A DNA stretch of 64,000 nucleotides, from positions 40,500 through 104,499 of IMG/VR virus record IMGVR_UViG_3300036770_000877. The stretch is one strand, 5' to 3'. Position numbers and translations under genes: made by a program. Under the pieces are notes generated by a model that saw only the letters and a list, made by a program, of their open reading frames with translations, was not told the DNA's origin and ran no database searches. This stretch comes from a virus. Within the stretch, counting starts at the first letter, position 1. Each line of letters opens with the position of its first letter. Below are positions 21,294 through 31,995 of this stretch, piece after piece.

Positions 21294-22697
21294 TTATACC
21301 CTAACAGCGTATGAAGGAACAGTAATCTGTGATTGTGTTTGTGCAACTAAATAATAGTTGCTATTCTCTGTATAGTGTGCATATTGTGTTGCGCTTCCAG
21401 GTGTCTTTGCAACATTAAGAACTGGTGTTGGAGCCCAATACTGTGGTTTTTCAACTGGTGTTGGAAGGAATCCTGTAGCGATATAATCAGCCTTTGAATA
21501 CTTGTTATTAAACTTATCATACAAGTGTGTGGCATCTTCGTGGTATGTTCTACCATTCATGTGTCCGAGGGTAGTAAATGATGGTCCCTCTGAGAGCCCG
21601 ACGGTCTTAAAGTTCTTAATAGTTGTATATGAGTTAGTTGCTGGGTCGTAATATCCAAACCAGTAGTCAAATAAGACTCTTGATCCCTTATCTACTGCTG
21701 TATAACGAGCACCTGAAATATAAACCTTACCCTGATAGGTAAAGATAAATGTTTCGTCTGCAGAAACTGACGGGAACCCATTCATCTTAGCAATTGGAGA
21801 CCATGTATTTGTAGTACCATTCCACTTATAGGCTAGATTTCCATAGTAATGAGATGTAGGAACATTTGATGTTTCTAAATAGTGCTGTCCAAATGTGTAG
21901 ACATTTCCGTCTCCAGGAGCAGCCATAAGAATATTCATTGTATTTAATGAGTCTGGGTATGCAGCCTTTGCTGTTTGAGTAAATGAATGTGTTGACATAT
22001 CTTTTTCAATAAATGTTGTATACATTGTCTGGCTATGAGATTGAACTCCACCGCTTGAATTGTATACGCCGCCGCCAATGACATAAACTTTATTGTTTAC
22101 ATAATCATGTGCAAATGAAGCACCACGATAGTTATTTGAATATAAATCTTGTGAAGCAAATGTTGAGCAGTTTACTACCTTACCAGCATAGTAAGCATTT
22201 GTAGATACATTATATGTAGGGTATGTCCATGCATAGTCAGTCCCGCCAACATTTCTTGTTGTAATAGTATTTGTTAGCTGAGTTGCTGGGGTTGTAGGAA
22301 TAGTAATGCTTGGTGTAGTATTAGTATTTGAACTAAGACCAGAAGCTACTGTAGCATTTGAGTTTGCTGGCCAGTAGATATAATCGCTATCGCTAACAAG
22401 AATTATCTTTGCCCATTGCTTTGATGGGTTAAAGTTAAATGTAGTAGTTAGGTCTGGGTTTTCAAAAGACTCGTCAATTACGTTTCCGTCGCCATCTAAA
22501 ATATTAATATAGGCAACATTTGTAGGATTTGCTCCTGTAAATGTTAGGTTATAAATACCAGCATTTACAAGCATACCTACGTTAAGAATAAATATTCTTT
22601 GTTTGATTTGTGTTGATGTAGATGGGGCCTTAAACGTCAAAGTACCGCCTAGTGCGGGTAAGGAGTTTTTAGATACTAGATCTAAGGTTACTGCCAT
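21294..22697 (-). CDS. Putative beta-propeller (Kelch-like) receptor-binding protein
   Basis: KVYVIGGG, VYTFG, NTWSPIAKM, KVYISG, YDPATNSY Kelch-like repeats. Confidence 0.55.
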   Translation of the reverse strand: MAVTLDLVSKNSLPALGGTLTFKAPSTSTQIKQRIFILNVGMLVNAGIYNLTFTGANPTNVAYINILDGDGNVIDESFENPDLTTTFNFNPSKQWAKIILVSDSDYIYWPANSNATVASGLSSNTNTTPSITIPTTPATQLTNTITTRNVGGTDYAWTYPTYNVSTNAYYAGKVVNCSTFASQDLYSNNYRGASFAHDYVNNKVYVIGGGVYNSSGGVQSHSQTMYTTFIEKDMSTHSFTQTAKAAYPDSLNTMNILMAAPGDGNVYTFGQHYLETSNVPTSHYYGNLAYKWNGTTNTWSPIAKMNGFPSVSADETFIFTYQGKVYISGARYTAVDKGSRVLFDYWFGYYDPATNSYTTIKNFKTVGLSEGPSFTTLGHMNGRTYHEDATHLYDKFNNKYSKADYIATGFLPTPVEKPQYWAPTPVLNVAKTPGSATQYAHYTENSNYYLVAQTQSQITVPSYAVRV

Positions 22698-22710
22698 TTA
22701 TTTCCTCCTA

Positions 22711-23004
22711 TTAAGAAACTTCAAGCCAATCTTGTTCTTGTTCGCTCCAGGCCCATTTTCCACTAGCAGGCTTTTCTTTTGGTGGAGTCCATTCAAAAGA
22801 TTCTTCATCTAGAGTCCACGAATCAAATGGCCTGGATATAATAAACTTATTTTTTTCTTTAGAATAAAGTGATCCTGGTCCAGCCCATCCAGTTTCTTCT
22901 GTAACTTCAACATAGATTCCTTCTATCTCATCGATAAGAGATGGAACTGCTACTATTACTGATTCAACAATATTTTCTGAATTAATTTTTGCAAAGTTTT
23001 TCAT
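22711..23004 (-). CDS. Tail fibre accessory/chaperone-like protein
   Basis: Paralog of 18386..18670. Confidence 0.65.
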   Translation of the reverse strand: MKNFAKINSENIVESVIVAVPSLIDEIEGIYVEVTEETGWAGPGSLYSKEKNKFIISRPFDSWTLDEESFEWTPPKEKPASGKWAWSEQEQDWLEVS

Positions 23005-24086
23005 GGTATATAGTACCTCACTATAACAACTCCTTGATCTGATCTATAAGGATTATTATTTCCGCCGCCTGAATCATGACTATGTCCACCTGATCTTCCA
23101 CCAAATCCGTAACCAGAGAATCCTGCAGTGTATTGTTCTGATCCGCTTCCATTATGGTGACCAGCACCACGACCTCCACCAGCATAAGATAAGTTTGTTC
23201 CAGTTATGTCAGAGTTATGGGCTAGACCTCCATTGCCTCCGCTGCCGTCAGCACCATTTCCTCCAGCACCGCCTGCTCCACCGCCGCCGCCGCCTCTACT
23301 GTTATGACTATTTCCTCCAGTAGAATTTCCTCCAGCAAAACCTCCGTGATATACGGGAGAACCTGCTGTTCCTAAACCTGTTGATGAAGTTTGTGTTATT
23401 CCAGAACCACCAGAGAATTGGCTATTATGTGCACCTGCGCCACCACCATTTGCACCAGAATGACCATTTCCACCATGGTGATTTCCATAACCTCCACCTA
23501 AAGCATAAACATTTCCAAAATATGTAGGATTTCCATTATTTCTTCCATTTGTTTGAGCACCTACAGTTACAGAAGTTGTACCGACTGCTTGATAAGCTGT
23601 AAGCTTTACAACTCCACCGCCACCGCCACCTCCGCCGCCATGATGGTCTCCACCAGATCCTCCTCCACCACCGACAAGCATTACGTTTACTAGTGGTAAA
23701 GCATTGTTAGGTAAAACAAAGTTTCCTGATGATGAGATTATTGATGGAAATGATGAAAAGTTTGCAAAGGCGTTTGGAAACTCTGTTGTTGCCTTAACTT
23801 TTGCTTTATACAAAGAAACCATGTCATTTTGAGGTGCTATAATATCAATCCTTGTAAAGCTATGAGAAATATTTGCAAGTCTGTTTAAAGCTACTCCTGT
23901 TGTAGTTGCTCCAACAAAATAGGCGTATCCATTTTCCTGATTTGTTGAATAAAGAGCATAGTATCCTGGAGTTCCACCTTGAGCCCATGAACGATTGTAT
24001 GTAGACATATGAATAGATGCTACATATGTCATATTAGCCTGGCCCCCGCCACCTCCGACGGCTGGTAGTGTGTTAAATCCTGGCAT
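23001..24086 (-). CDS. Gly-rich domain virion protein
   Basis: Paralog of 18667..19755. Confidence 0.7.
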   Translation of the reverse strand: MPGFNTLPAVGGGGGQANMTYVASIHMSTYNRSWAQGGTPGYYALYSTNQENGYAYFVGATTTGVALNRLANISHSFTRIDIIAPQNDMVSLYKAKVKATTEFPNAFANFSSFPSIISSSGNFVLPNNALPLVNVMLVGGGGGSGGDHHGGGGGGGGGVVKLTAYQAVGTTSVTVGAQTNGRNNGNPTYFGNVYALGGGYGNHHGGNGHSGANGGGAGAHNSQFSGGSGITQTSSTGLGTAGSPVYHGGFAGGNSTGGNSHNSRGGGGGGAGGAGGNGADGSGGNGGLAHNSDITGTNLSYAGGGRGAGHHNGSGSEQYTAGFSGYGFGGRSGGHSHDSGGGNNNPYRSDQGVVIVRYYIP

Positions 24087-24421
24087 TATGCATCAAGCTC
24101 CGATCCGAATAGATTGAATGCGATTGATGTTGAGGCTGCATAAACTTCAACGATATCGCCTGCTGATACTGTCATAGAGAGTTGTAGTGCCTGTGAGACA
24201 CCGCCAGCTGCTGCTGTGTCATAAACAAGAGTTTGCTTGTTTGCTGCTGCTTCGCCAGCTACACGAACACGCACACGATATAAAATGTCGTCTGCTGTTA
24301 AATTTGCTACGGTAAGAGATGAGCATACTGCCTCCTTACCTGTTGGAACAGCGTATAGCTGTGTCCATGTGGCATTAGCAGATGGTACTGCTTGCCCTAA
24401 AACCTTATAATGAATTGCCAT
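24086..24421 (-). CDS. Small virion structural protein
   Basis: Paralog of 19755..20087. Confidence 0.65.
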   Translation of the reverse strand: MAIHYKVLGQAVPSANATWTQLYAVPTGKEAVCSSLTVANLTADDILYRVRVRVAGEAAANKQTLVYDTAAAGGVSQALQLSMTVSAGDIVEVYAASTSIAFNLFGSELDA

Positions 24422-24422
24422 A

Positions 24423-24791
24423 TTAAATCATGCTCCCTATGAATAGCACATTGAAATTTGTTGATGCGCCAGTAATTTGATTTAGAGCACTTGTTTTAGC
24501 AGAATCAATATCTGCCAATGCTGTTGCTCTGTCAGCATTTACGTCAGCTAATGAGTTAACTCTCTTTGTTTCGAGGTTAGCCAAAGCTGTAGTCTTAGCT
24601 GTATTAACTTCAGTAATTTTATCTGCTGTAGCTGCTACAATGTCATTTACTCCGAGCATCCCGCCCAAAGTTTGTAGTGCTGATGCAAGGTAGACTAGAT
24701 CTTGTGCGGTATAGGTAGAAGTACCTACGCTTGCAGCGATCTCCGACTTGATAGCGGTAATTTCATTCGCTAACGAAGTATAATCAGGCAT
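24423..24791 (-). CDS. Helical virion protein
   Basis: Paralog of 20092..20454. Confidence 0.65.
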   Translation of the reverse strand: MPDYTSLANEITAIKSEIAASVGTSTYTAQDLVYLASALQTLGGMLGVNDIVAATADKITEVNTAKTTALANLETKRVNSLADVNADRATALADIDSAKTSALNQITGASTNFNVLFIGSMI

Positions 24792-25015
24792 TACATCAAC
24801 TCCATTTTATTCATTTTTAGTGCCATGGCTATTTGGTAACCCATTTTTTGCCAGCCACCTTTTGTGTACTGCTCAAGTGTATCATGAGTGGTATTAAAAT
24901 ACAGGTCCCCGTGTGAAGGATTCTGTGGTCTTTCTTCTGCTGTTCCGACTGGAATTGCTGAGGCTGGAGCGGTAGAAGTAACAATTGTTGACGAGCTAGC
25001 CACTCTTATACTCAT
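24791..25015 (-). CDS. Small fibre-associated protein
   Basis: IPVGTAEERP..P..GDLYFNTT motif. Confidence 0.6.
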   Translation of the reverse strand: MSIRVASSSTIVTSTAPASAIPVGTAEERPQNPSHGDLYFNTTHDTLEQYTKGGWQKMGYQIAMALKMNKMELM

Positions 25016-25314
25016 GGTGTTATTACACCTGAAATATGAAATTTAACACCAGCTGTAGAAGCTAGTCCTGTAATTTGCAGATTCTGTGCAAGCACAGTAC
25101 GCATGTCAAGGATCATGGTGTCGTTTGCGCTAACAGCAATTTCGTCTAGATACTCTACGCCGTCAAATAGAATTGTTGCGGTAGTTGCTGAAGCTCCTGT
25201 ATTTGTAATAGAGATATTGGTTACGATGGCAGTCTTGTTTGCGGGAACGGTATACAACAATGTTGATGTTGTATTTGCTGCTCCCCTGAAAAACTGTACT
25301 GGTGTATTTGCCAT
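25012..25314 (-). CDS. Small virion structural protein
   Basis: LYTVPANKTAIVTNISITN motif, related to 24086..24421. Confidence 0.65.
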   Translation of the reverse strand: MANTPVQFFRGAANTTSTLLYTVPANKTAIVTNISITNTGASATTATILFDGVEYLDEIAVSANDTMILDMRTVLAQNLQITGLASTAGVKFHISGVITP

Positions 25315-25320
25315 AATCTC

Positions 25321-26031
25321 CTACAATGCTCCCATAATTATACCAATTTCAGTGTCCAAAACGGAAGCTTTTGTTGCATTGATTTCATTATACACTGAAG
25401 TAGCAAAATCTGCATTATCTCCAATAGCCGCTGCAATTTCATTAAGCGTATCTAGGGCTCCAGGAGCTGAATCTATAAGATTTGTTACTCTTGTGTCAGT
25501 ATAAGCATTTGCGGTTGTTATAGCCCCAGCAACGGCTGTTGCAGTGGCATCTATGGCTCTTTGATTGGTAAAGTATCTATTATTTGTGCCTTCAGATAAT
25601 GAATCTGTAGTTCTAGCTAGAAAATCAGAGGCAAAACTAGTTGATGAATATGGTGTTACCCAAGTTGTATCATAATCATTTGTTGAAGATTTTGCTGGAA
25701 CCTGCCCAACTGTACCGCCAGTTGGAAGACCAGGGCCAGAAGGTCCAACAGGTCCAAGCGAAACTTCTACCCAATATGTTCCATCATAAGTATAGAAATG
25801 TGGATCTACGTTATTAAACCAAAGATCGCCTTCTGTTTGTGATGTTGGTGGGTTTGACCCAATGTGTACTGCTGCTCCGCCGCCAGATCCAACTTCGACC
25901 CAGCCTGTGGCGGTATAAACTCTAAAATTATTTGTAGTGGTGTTTAAATAAAAATCACCAAGTTTTGGATTGGTTGGATTAGATGCTAATGAAACTGCAT
26001 TTAAGGGAACTAATCTCTTTATAGAAGACAT
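25321..26031 (-). CDS. Tail fibre protein
   Basis: GDLWFN, short collagen-like GPVGPSGP, LSEGTNNRYFT, APGALDTLNEI. Confidence 0.7.
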   Translation of the reverse strand: MSSIKRLVPLNAVSLASNPTNPKLGDFYLNTTTNNFRVYTATGWVEVGSGGGAAVHIGSNPPTSQTEGDLWFNNVDPHFYTYDGTYWVEVSLGPVGPSGPGLPTGGTVGQVPAKSSTNDYDTTWVTPYSSTSFASDFLARTTDSLSEGTNNRYFTNQRAIDATATAVAGAITTANAYTDTRVTNLIDSAPGALDTLNEIAAAIGDNADFATSVYNEINATKASVLDTEIGIIMGAL

Positions 26032-26042
26032 TTATTTCCCCC

Positions 26043-27350
26043 TTAGCCTACTATTACTACCTTGTATGCTCCTGAAGCTGGTGCTACTGCAAATGTTAGT
26101 GCTACTTTTGCCTGAGTAGGTCTTGAAATTCCACATTCTACGTTTTCGTAAGTAGCAGCGTCGTAAACCTGAACTTGTACATCATATGTATCCATTCCAT
26201 GGCTTACTTCAAATGATGTTGCTGCTCCGTCACCGATTGTTGCTACGAACTTCTTTGCTAATCCATAATATGTAGATCCGCCATCAGAAATTGTCCATGT
26301 GTCTGCTGTTTCGTCCCACAGAATTTCAACATCTGTTTCTGTTCCACGCTCTACACGAAGTCCTGCATTTGCTACTGGTGTTCCAGTAACATTAGAATTA
26401 AGGTTTACCTTGTTATCAACAATGTTGATTTCTGTAGTGTTTACAGAGTTTACTGTACCTACTACGTTTAGGTTTCCGCCAACTTGTAGGTCTCCAGTAA
26501 TGTTTACATTATCTGGCAAGCCAATTGTTACGCTTGTGCCTTCTCCAGAAGTTGGAGTTACTGTTACCTCACCTGTGGTTCCAGTAATGTTAGCTACATA
26601 ATCACCTGTGGTTTGTGTTCCAAGGTTTACGTTCTTGATTGTAACCGCACCAGATGTTACTGTAAAGTCTGTTGAATCGAATGAAGCAACACCCTTATTA
26701 GTATAAGTTGCATCTTCTGCAGCTACTGTAATTGTATTGTTTGTTACAGCAACATCGATTCCTTCTCCACCAGATACTGTTAGAGTGTCAGTAAGAAGAT
26801 TTACTGTATCTGTTCCAGTGTCACCTGCGATTGAAAGTGATGTTGCTACTGTTACAGTTCCTGCTGCGGTCAAACGACCTTGTGCATCTACTGTAAATGT
26901 TGGGATCGCTGTTTGTGATCCATATGAACCTGCTGTAACGCCTGTGTTGGGAAGGTCAACGTTAACTGCAGCTGTTTCAGATCCTGAACCAGTTACTGTA
27001 ATTGTACCGCCAGAAGACGCTACTGTTGCTACATAGTTACCAGTTGTATCTGTACCTAGGTCGATGGAGTTTGCATTAATTGTGGCATTAAGTGTTACAT
27101 TTCCATCTGTATCTGTTGTTGCGGTTCCTGAAAGGTCGCCGCCAAGAGTAATTGAGACAAGACCAGTTGCTTGCCAGTTAGTTCCATTATAATAATAAAG
27201 CTTATTTGTAGTAGTATTGAAGAATACTCTACCCTTAAATACCGATTCTGAACCTGACGCTACTGTTGGATTCGAAAGTGCATTTTCAATGCGAAGCTTT
27301 TGAATCTCCAGACCCGTCATATCAATCGGGGTTAAAAATTTACGTGCCAC
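26043..27350 (-). CDS. Tail fibre/baseplate structural protein
   Basis: GTG start with AGGAG RBS; VTAGSYGS..IPTFTVDAQGRLT fibre motif. Confidence 0.7.
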   Translation of the reverse strand: MARKFLTPIDMTGLEIQKLRIENALSNPTVASGSESVFKGRVFFNTTTNKLYYYNGTNWQATGLVSITLGGDLSGTATTDTDGNVTLNATINANSIDLGTDTTGNYVATVASSGGTITVTGSGSETAAVNVDLPNTGVTAGSYGSQTAIPTFTVDAQGRLTAAGTVTVATSLSIAGDTGTDTVNLLTDTLTVSGGEGIDVAVTNNTITVAAEDATYTNKGVASFDSTDFTVTSGAVTIKNVNLGTQTTGDYVANITGTTGEVTVTPTSGEGTSVTIGLPDNVNITGDLQVGGNLNVVGTVNSVNTTEINIVDNKVNLNSNVTGTPVANAGLRVERGTETDVEILWDETADTWTISDGGSTYYGLAKKFVATIGDGAATSFEVSHGMDTYDVQVQVYDAATYENVECGISRPTQAKVALTFAVAPASGAYKVVIVG

Positions 27351-27375
27351 TTTGTATAACTCCTAGGTTTTTAAA

Positions 27376-27831
27376 TTACGACAGATATGCCTTCCCAGAA
27401 AACTCTGCCGCAAAACTAATTATAACAGTATTGTCATTCTGGTACTGGACATGCCCTTCCACTTGGTTTCCATTATTATCTACCACAGTAACGTTTGGCT
27501 TAAAGGCCAATTTATGCATTGAAACTGGAATTGTCCATGTTGTTGAAGAGATTAGCTGCTCAAAAGCATATACTGACTCTGGTAGGGTAAATAGATCAAC
27601 TGGAGTACCCCAGCTACCTGAATAGGTTCTTGGACCATACATCAGATACTCTGGAAGCTTTAGGTAGAAATCTCCTTCTACTGCTTCTGATGGAAATGTT
27701 GATGTAGGTGTTTGGGTACCACTTAATATTGATTTACCTCTAGGACCTGGTTGACCAGTATCAGAAATGATTACATCATTATCTACTGTGGTAATATCAA
27801 TGATATTAGAATTATCAATATAATTTACCAT
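27376..27831 (-). CDS. Virion structural protein
   Basis: GQPGPRG, WTI..H.L...PNVTVVD...FSGKAYLS. Confidence 0.65.
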   Translation of the reverse strand: MVNYIDNSNIIDITTVDNDVIISDTGQPGPRGKSILSGTQTPTSTFPSEAVEGDFYLKLPEYLMYGPRTYSGSWGTPVDLFTLPESVYAFEQLISSTTWTIPVSMHKLAFKPNVTVVDNNGNQVEGHVQYQNDNTVIISFAAEFSGKAYLS

Positions 27832-28181
27832 TAAACTACCGTCACCGCCCTAGAAACTTCTAACCATCCTTCTACAAGTCTTGTTAGTTGACCTGTTGGT
27901 ATATGTTCAACAACTAAATCATATGCTGATTTTGGATAAGCAAACTTTGATGTTTTATCTGGAGCTGCATTTACTTCAATTTTTCCCTGGAGGGGAGTAA
28001 CAGTAATGCCATTACCTTGAGTCAAAGAAGCTAATACTTTCTTTGAACCTGGTGCAGATTTGATATCCATAAATACACGATATTGTGTTAAATCAATTGG
28101 ATCTCCGTCGGGATCTTTATAAATAAGGGTAAAGGTAAAGTTAGTAGATTGATCTACTTTAAAATTTTTAATACCAGCCAT
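27831..28181 (-). CDS. Baseplate/tail adaptor-like protein (BppU-like)
   Basis: PIDLTQY...AYDLV...RLVEG motif. Confidence 0.6.
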   Translation of the reverse strand: MAGIKNFKVDQSTNFTFTLIYKDPDGDPIDLTQYRVFMDIKSAPGSKKVLASLTQGNGITVTPLQGKIEVNAAPDKTSKFAYPKSAYDLVVEHIPTGQLTRLVEGWLEVSRAVTVV

Positions 28182-28226
28182 TAATTAATCCCTCCAGATT
28201 AATTCAATTTTATCACAAAAGCCGTT

Positions 28227-30161
28227 CTATGCTGATGTGGTAGTTAGGTCTACTACTTCGCAATTATCTGCGCTGCAGGCAAAGGTCTGGCTACCAGAAG
28301 TCATATCTTCTTTTTCATAGAAAGACAAATCTGACCAATTAATTGCTGAAGGCATCTTGGCCAAGAGCTCTAGGTATTCCAGTTCGGTTACTTCTTGATA
28401 CGGAGCCTGCTTATAGGTATGATCTGAATACGGTAAAAATGAAATTCCAGATACCTCGTCAAAATGGTCGTATACCCATGCCCCTACAGCCATCCATTCA
28501 TCATCACGAACAGATACGGTAATTGAAGGCTTATGCTCACACCATTCTCTCTGATATACCAACCATGTATTTAAATGGTCAATAGCAGTAAGGTCATTTC
28601 TAACAATTGCACCCTCTGGTGCTTTTACTGGGAATGAAAATACAGTTGTTGAGTCTGGCTTCATAAAGTCTGGTTCATTTGGAACCTCGTATGCCTTCAT
28701 CAATTCTGTTAATGGATCTTTATTGTCTGCACGTACTGTACGGATATAGTATTCTGAGTGCCATGGGTGCATTCCTGAAGATACCCCAACCAACTGTGAT
28801 ACTGTACCTGAAGGCTTAACGCATGTAATAGCTGCGGACTCAGGAATAGAAAGCTTTGCTGCTTCTTCCTTATTAGTCTCTCTTGCATAATCACGAAGAC
28901 GGGCCAAGAAGTCAGAAAGGTCTTTAAGGTCTTCTTTTCCAGACATAAACTTGTGACCAAATTGTCCTGTTAAAGATACTCCTAGTAGTCTTTCTTCTTC
29001 TGTATTATCTTTCCATATTTTACGAAGATACTTAAAGTCTGTAAGTGTTGACTGCCATGTTCCAAGAACTGTGGCTAGACGAACCTTGTTTGCAATTGTT
29101 TCCTTAGTGTCATTTTCACGAATTACAACTTCGGATAGATTACAAAATTGATAAGGTCTAAGGATAATTTCTGAGCATGGGTTAGTTCCGTAGTGGATTT
29201 CTGGATCTCTACGCCCCCATCTGGCTGCCTGCTTTTGAGCAGCTGCCACATTGTATATACCACGCTCTCCTGATTTTGAGTCATATAAGTTTTTCCATTC
29301 TGCTATAAATTGTTCCATCTCTGGCTTACGAGAATATGCAACAGAGTTGTTAGACAAAGCACGTTGAGAATTATTCTCCCACCAGTTTCCAGTTTTTGCT
29401 TGTGCCATTTCAATATCATTGATATTAGAAAGTGAAATCATTGCAGAACGACGAACACCACCTACAACAACAATCTCACCAATCTTGCACATGATGTCAT
29501 GACATTCGATTGGCTTTAGTTGACGACCAACTGCATTCTTAAACTTTGCAATTGTAAAGTCAAAAAGATTTACTAGCGGTTGAGGTCCTGAAGAACGACC
29601 ACCCATTGTCTTAAGACGTGCACCAGCTGGGCGAAGTCTAGAAACATCAATTACTGGAATCTGTCCTGCCCAAAGCATTGCAAGAAGTTCCTTGTATGCC
29701 TTTGCCCATCCCTGCTTGGAATCTTCTACAACTATTGTGGTTGTAGTCTTTTCTAATTTTTCGGGGACAGCAGGAAGTTTATTAATGTATTTATACTCAA
29801 CAGAGAATCCTACACCTGTTCCACACATCAAGATATACATTGTTTCATCAAATGATCTTGGAGAATCAACTGGAACAAACGAACAGTTATAGCCTGCAAC
29901 ATTATCTCTTTCTAGTGCAGCACCTGCAGTCATGACAGATCTCATTGATGGCATGATATCTAAATTGTAAACTGCATTACGAAGTTCTTTAAGTAGTTTT
30001 TCGTCTGGAGTATATCCGTGATTTTTACCTAAGTGATTTGTAACAAATGCAAAATATCTATCTACTGTCTCACCCCAGGTTTCTCTACGATTCTCGGACT
30101 CTATATATCTTGCATAGCGAGATAAAGCAATAAACTCCTGATATGGTGATGGTAACGACAT
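28227..30161 (-). CDS. nrdJ: Class II adenosylcobalamin-dependent ribonucleotide reductase
   Basis: MPSMR, YNCS, LMCGTGVGF, GTNPCSEI, TCVKPSGTVS, C-terminal CSADNC; start reassigned to the ATG after AGAAGGAG. Confidence 0.93.
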   Translation of the reverse strand: MSLPSPYQEFIALSRYARYIESENRRETWGETVDRYFAFVTNHLGKNHGYTPDEKLLKELRNAVYNLDIMPSMRSVMTAGAALERDNVAGYNCSFVPVDSPRSFDETMYILMCGTGVGFSVEYKYINKLPAVPEKLEKTTTTIVVEDSKQGWAKAYKELLAMLWAGQIPVIDVSRLRPAGARLKTMGGRSSGPQPLVNLFDFTIAKFKNAVGRQLKPIECHDIMCKIGEIVVVGGVRRSAMISLSNINDIEMAQAKTGNWWENNSQRALSNNSVAYSRKPEMEQFIAEWKNLYDSKSGERGIYNVAAAQKQAARWGRRDPEIHYGTNPCSEIILRPYQFCNLSEVVIRENDTKETIANKVRLATVLGTWQSTLTDFKYLRKIWKDNTEEERLLGVSLTGQFGHKFMSGKEDLKDLSDFLARLRDYARETNKEEAAKLSIPESAAITCVKPSGTVSQLVGVSSGMHPWHSEYYIRTVRADNKDPLTELMKAYEVPNEPDFMKPDSTTVFSFPVKAPEGAIVRNDLTAIDHLNTWLVYQREWCEHKPSITVSVRDDEWMAVGAWVYDHFDEVSGISFLPYSDHTYKQAPYQEVTELEYLELLAKMPSAINWSDLSFYEKEDMTSGSQTFACSADNCEVVDLTTTSA

Positions 30162-30251
30162 TTTATGAAAACTCCTTCTAGTGCCCCCTGGCACTTTTAA
30201 ATTTTTGTTGGAATACAATCTTACCACAAGCTTTTACAAGTGCGGAAGTGT

Positions 30252-31235
30252 TTATGCAATGTTTTTTAAATGGGAAAAAGCTTTTTCGGTAAGTGTGTCC
30301 CAATTAAACTGATCATAAATTTTTGTAGTATTCTTTAGTGCAACTGCACTGTGTTTCTCAAAGTTTGATACTGCGTCTAACATTAAAGTCTTTAAGTGGT
30401 CTTTATTTGGGAAGAAAACTTTTCCAGGATGCATTAAAGGCCAAGGTGAGTCCCCAAGTGTTGACTCTAGCTTTAGAGTTATAAGATCTGCATATGGAGC
30501 CCAGGCGGATGTGCAAATGGTTGGCATTGCTGTAGCCATTGCTTGAAGCGGGATAAATCCAAAACCCTCTCCATAGCTAGGATATACAAGACAGTCATGT
30601 TGATGCATTAACATTACTAGACCTTCATCGGTCATTTCATTTACAACAAACTTAATATTGGGATATTGTGATTTTATATCCATATGGTTTCCAAACATGT
30701 CTTTATATCTAATCGTATTAGCATTATGACATTTTAATGTTAATTCATATTGGGGGTCATTTCCAAATAATTCTATAAAAGCTTGAATTACTAACTCTCC
30801 GCCTTTTCTAGGGGCAGGTTCTCCAATGTGTAAAAATCTAAACTTTGATCCAGGCTTTCTTACTTTAGGCTTCTTCCAAACATCATGTATTCCGTGACGA
30901 TAAACTTTAATAGGTTTTTCTACACCAGCATCTATAAAGAACTTAGCAGTCATTGCTGATGTAGCCCACACCTCATCACATTTATTCATATTTTCTAGCC
31001 AATACATAGGCAAAACAGTTGACTCCCAGGGTGTATATCCGATAGTATATTGAGTAGGGTTGTTGAACTTATAGTATGTAGGTTGAACAAAATTAAGCTG
31101 AAGATCGGCATCTTCGTTATTCAAAGTGACGAGATGCCCTAATTTTTGGAGTGAGGAGACTATTCCGATTCCCGCCTGGCCGTATCCAACGGTGGAGTTA
31201 AATCCAGACTCAGACGAGAAAAAACTTATATGCAA
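30252..31235 (-). CDS. Glycosyltransferase family 4 (GT-B)
   Basis: RKGG, YPSYGEGFGFIPLQAMA motif. Confidence 0.85.
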   Translation of the reverse strand: MHISFFSSESGFNSTVGYGQAGIGIVSSLQKLGHLVTLNNEDADLQLNFVQPTYYKFNNPTQYTIGYTPWESTVLPMYWLENMNKCDEVWATSAMTAKFFIDAGVEKPIKVYRHGIHDVWKKPKVRKPGSKFRFLHIGEPAPRKGGELVIQAFIELFGNDPQYELTLKCHNANTIRYKDMFGNHMDIKSQYPNIKFVVNEMTDEGLVMLMHQHDCLVYPSYGEGFGFIPLQAMATAMPTICTSAWAPYADLITLKLESTLGDSPWPLMHPGKVFFPNKDHLKTLMLDAVSNFEKHSAVALKNTTKIYDQFNWDTLTEKAFSHLKNIA

Positions 31236-31333
31236 GGGGTATTACCTTTCGCTTCAGAATATTTTCAGTATATCACAAAGATTTTTTAAAAAAAAGTCTT
31301 GACAAGGTACAAGAAAGAGGTTATTATAATAAT

Positions 31334-31957
31334 ATGAGTAAAAACCTAAGTATTAGGTTACTTAGTTATTTATTAGTATTTATATTAGGAATTAATATTA
31401 CTCCTAGTATAGATTTTAGTAAATATACAAAAGAACCGTTAAAAAAGGTAAGTAACTTAGAAGATTTAAAGACTACTAAGGAATATCAAGAGTATCTTGA
31501 ATCTTTAAAGAAAACCATGGAAATTGTGAAAGCTAGAACTAATAAGCTTGAGCAATTTAAAAAGGCTAAGAAGTTAACCGATGAAGACCTTGCTATTTTA
31601 TTATATTTAGTAGGCTTTGAGGGTAATGAGCTTAAGAAGGCCTGGGCTATCGCTAAAACGGAGTCTAATGGCCGCCCCGTGGCATATAATGGTAATACAA
31701 AAACTGGAGACAGTTCTTATGGCATATTCCAAATCAACATGATTGGAAGCCTAGGGCCAGAGCGTCGAGAGAAGTTCGGGCTTGAGAGCAATAAGGAGTT
31801 GCTAAATCCAGTTACCAATGCAGAAATTGCATTTCATATGTCTAAGGGTGGAGAAAATTGGTCCTCATGGGTCAATTCAATCCAGAAAGCCAAAACATGG
31901 GTACTTAACTTCCCGAAAGTGGATCTAACCCCTTATAAAATACCTGTCGAAGCATAA
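31334..31957 (+). CDS. Secreted lysozyme-like/lytic transglycosylase
   Basis: N-terminal signal/TM; AIAKTES...GDSSYGIFQIN...WSSW. Confidence 0.8.
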   Translation: MSKNLSIRLLSYLLVFILGINITPSIDFSKYTKEPLKKVSNLEDLKTTKEYQEYLESLKKTMEIVKARTNKLEQFKKAKKLTDEDLAILLYLVGFEGNELKKAWAIAKTESNGRPVAYNGNTKTGDSSYGIFQINMIGSLGPERREKFGLESNKELLNPVTNAEIAFHMSKGGENWSSWVNSIQKAKTWVLNFPKVDLTPYKIPVEA

Positions 31958-31995
31958 CCTTGACATTCGGTAAAATAAAATGATACAGTTAATCT

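Noticed and set aside
30161-30250. NrdR box upstream of nrdJ, and the longer 666-aa start
   Set aside because: No NrdR palindrome visible; the extension covers the promoter and RBS, so the ATG at 30161 is preferred
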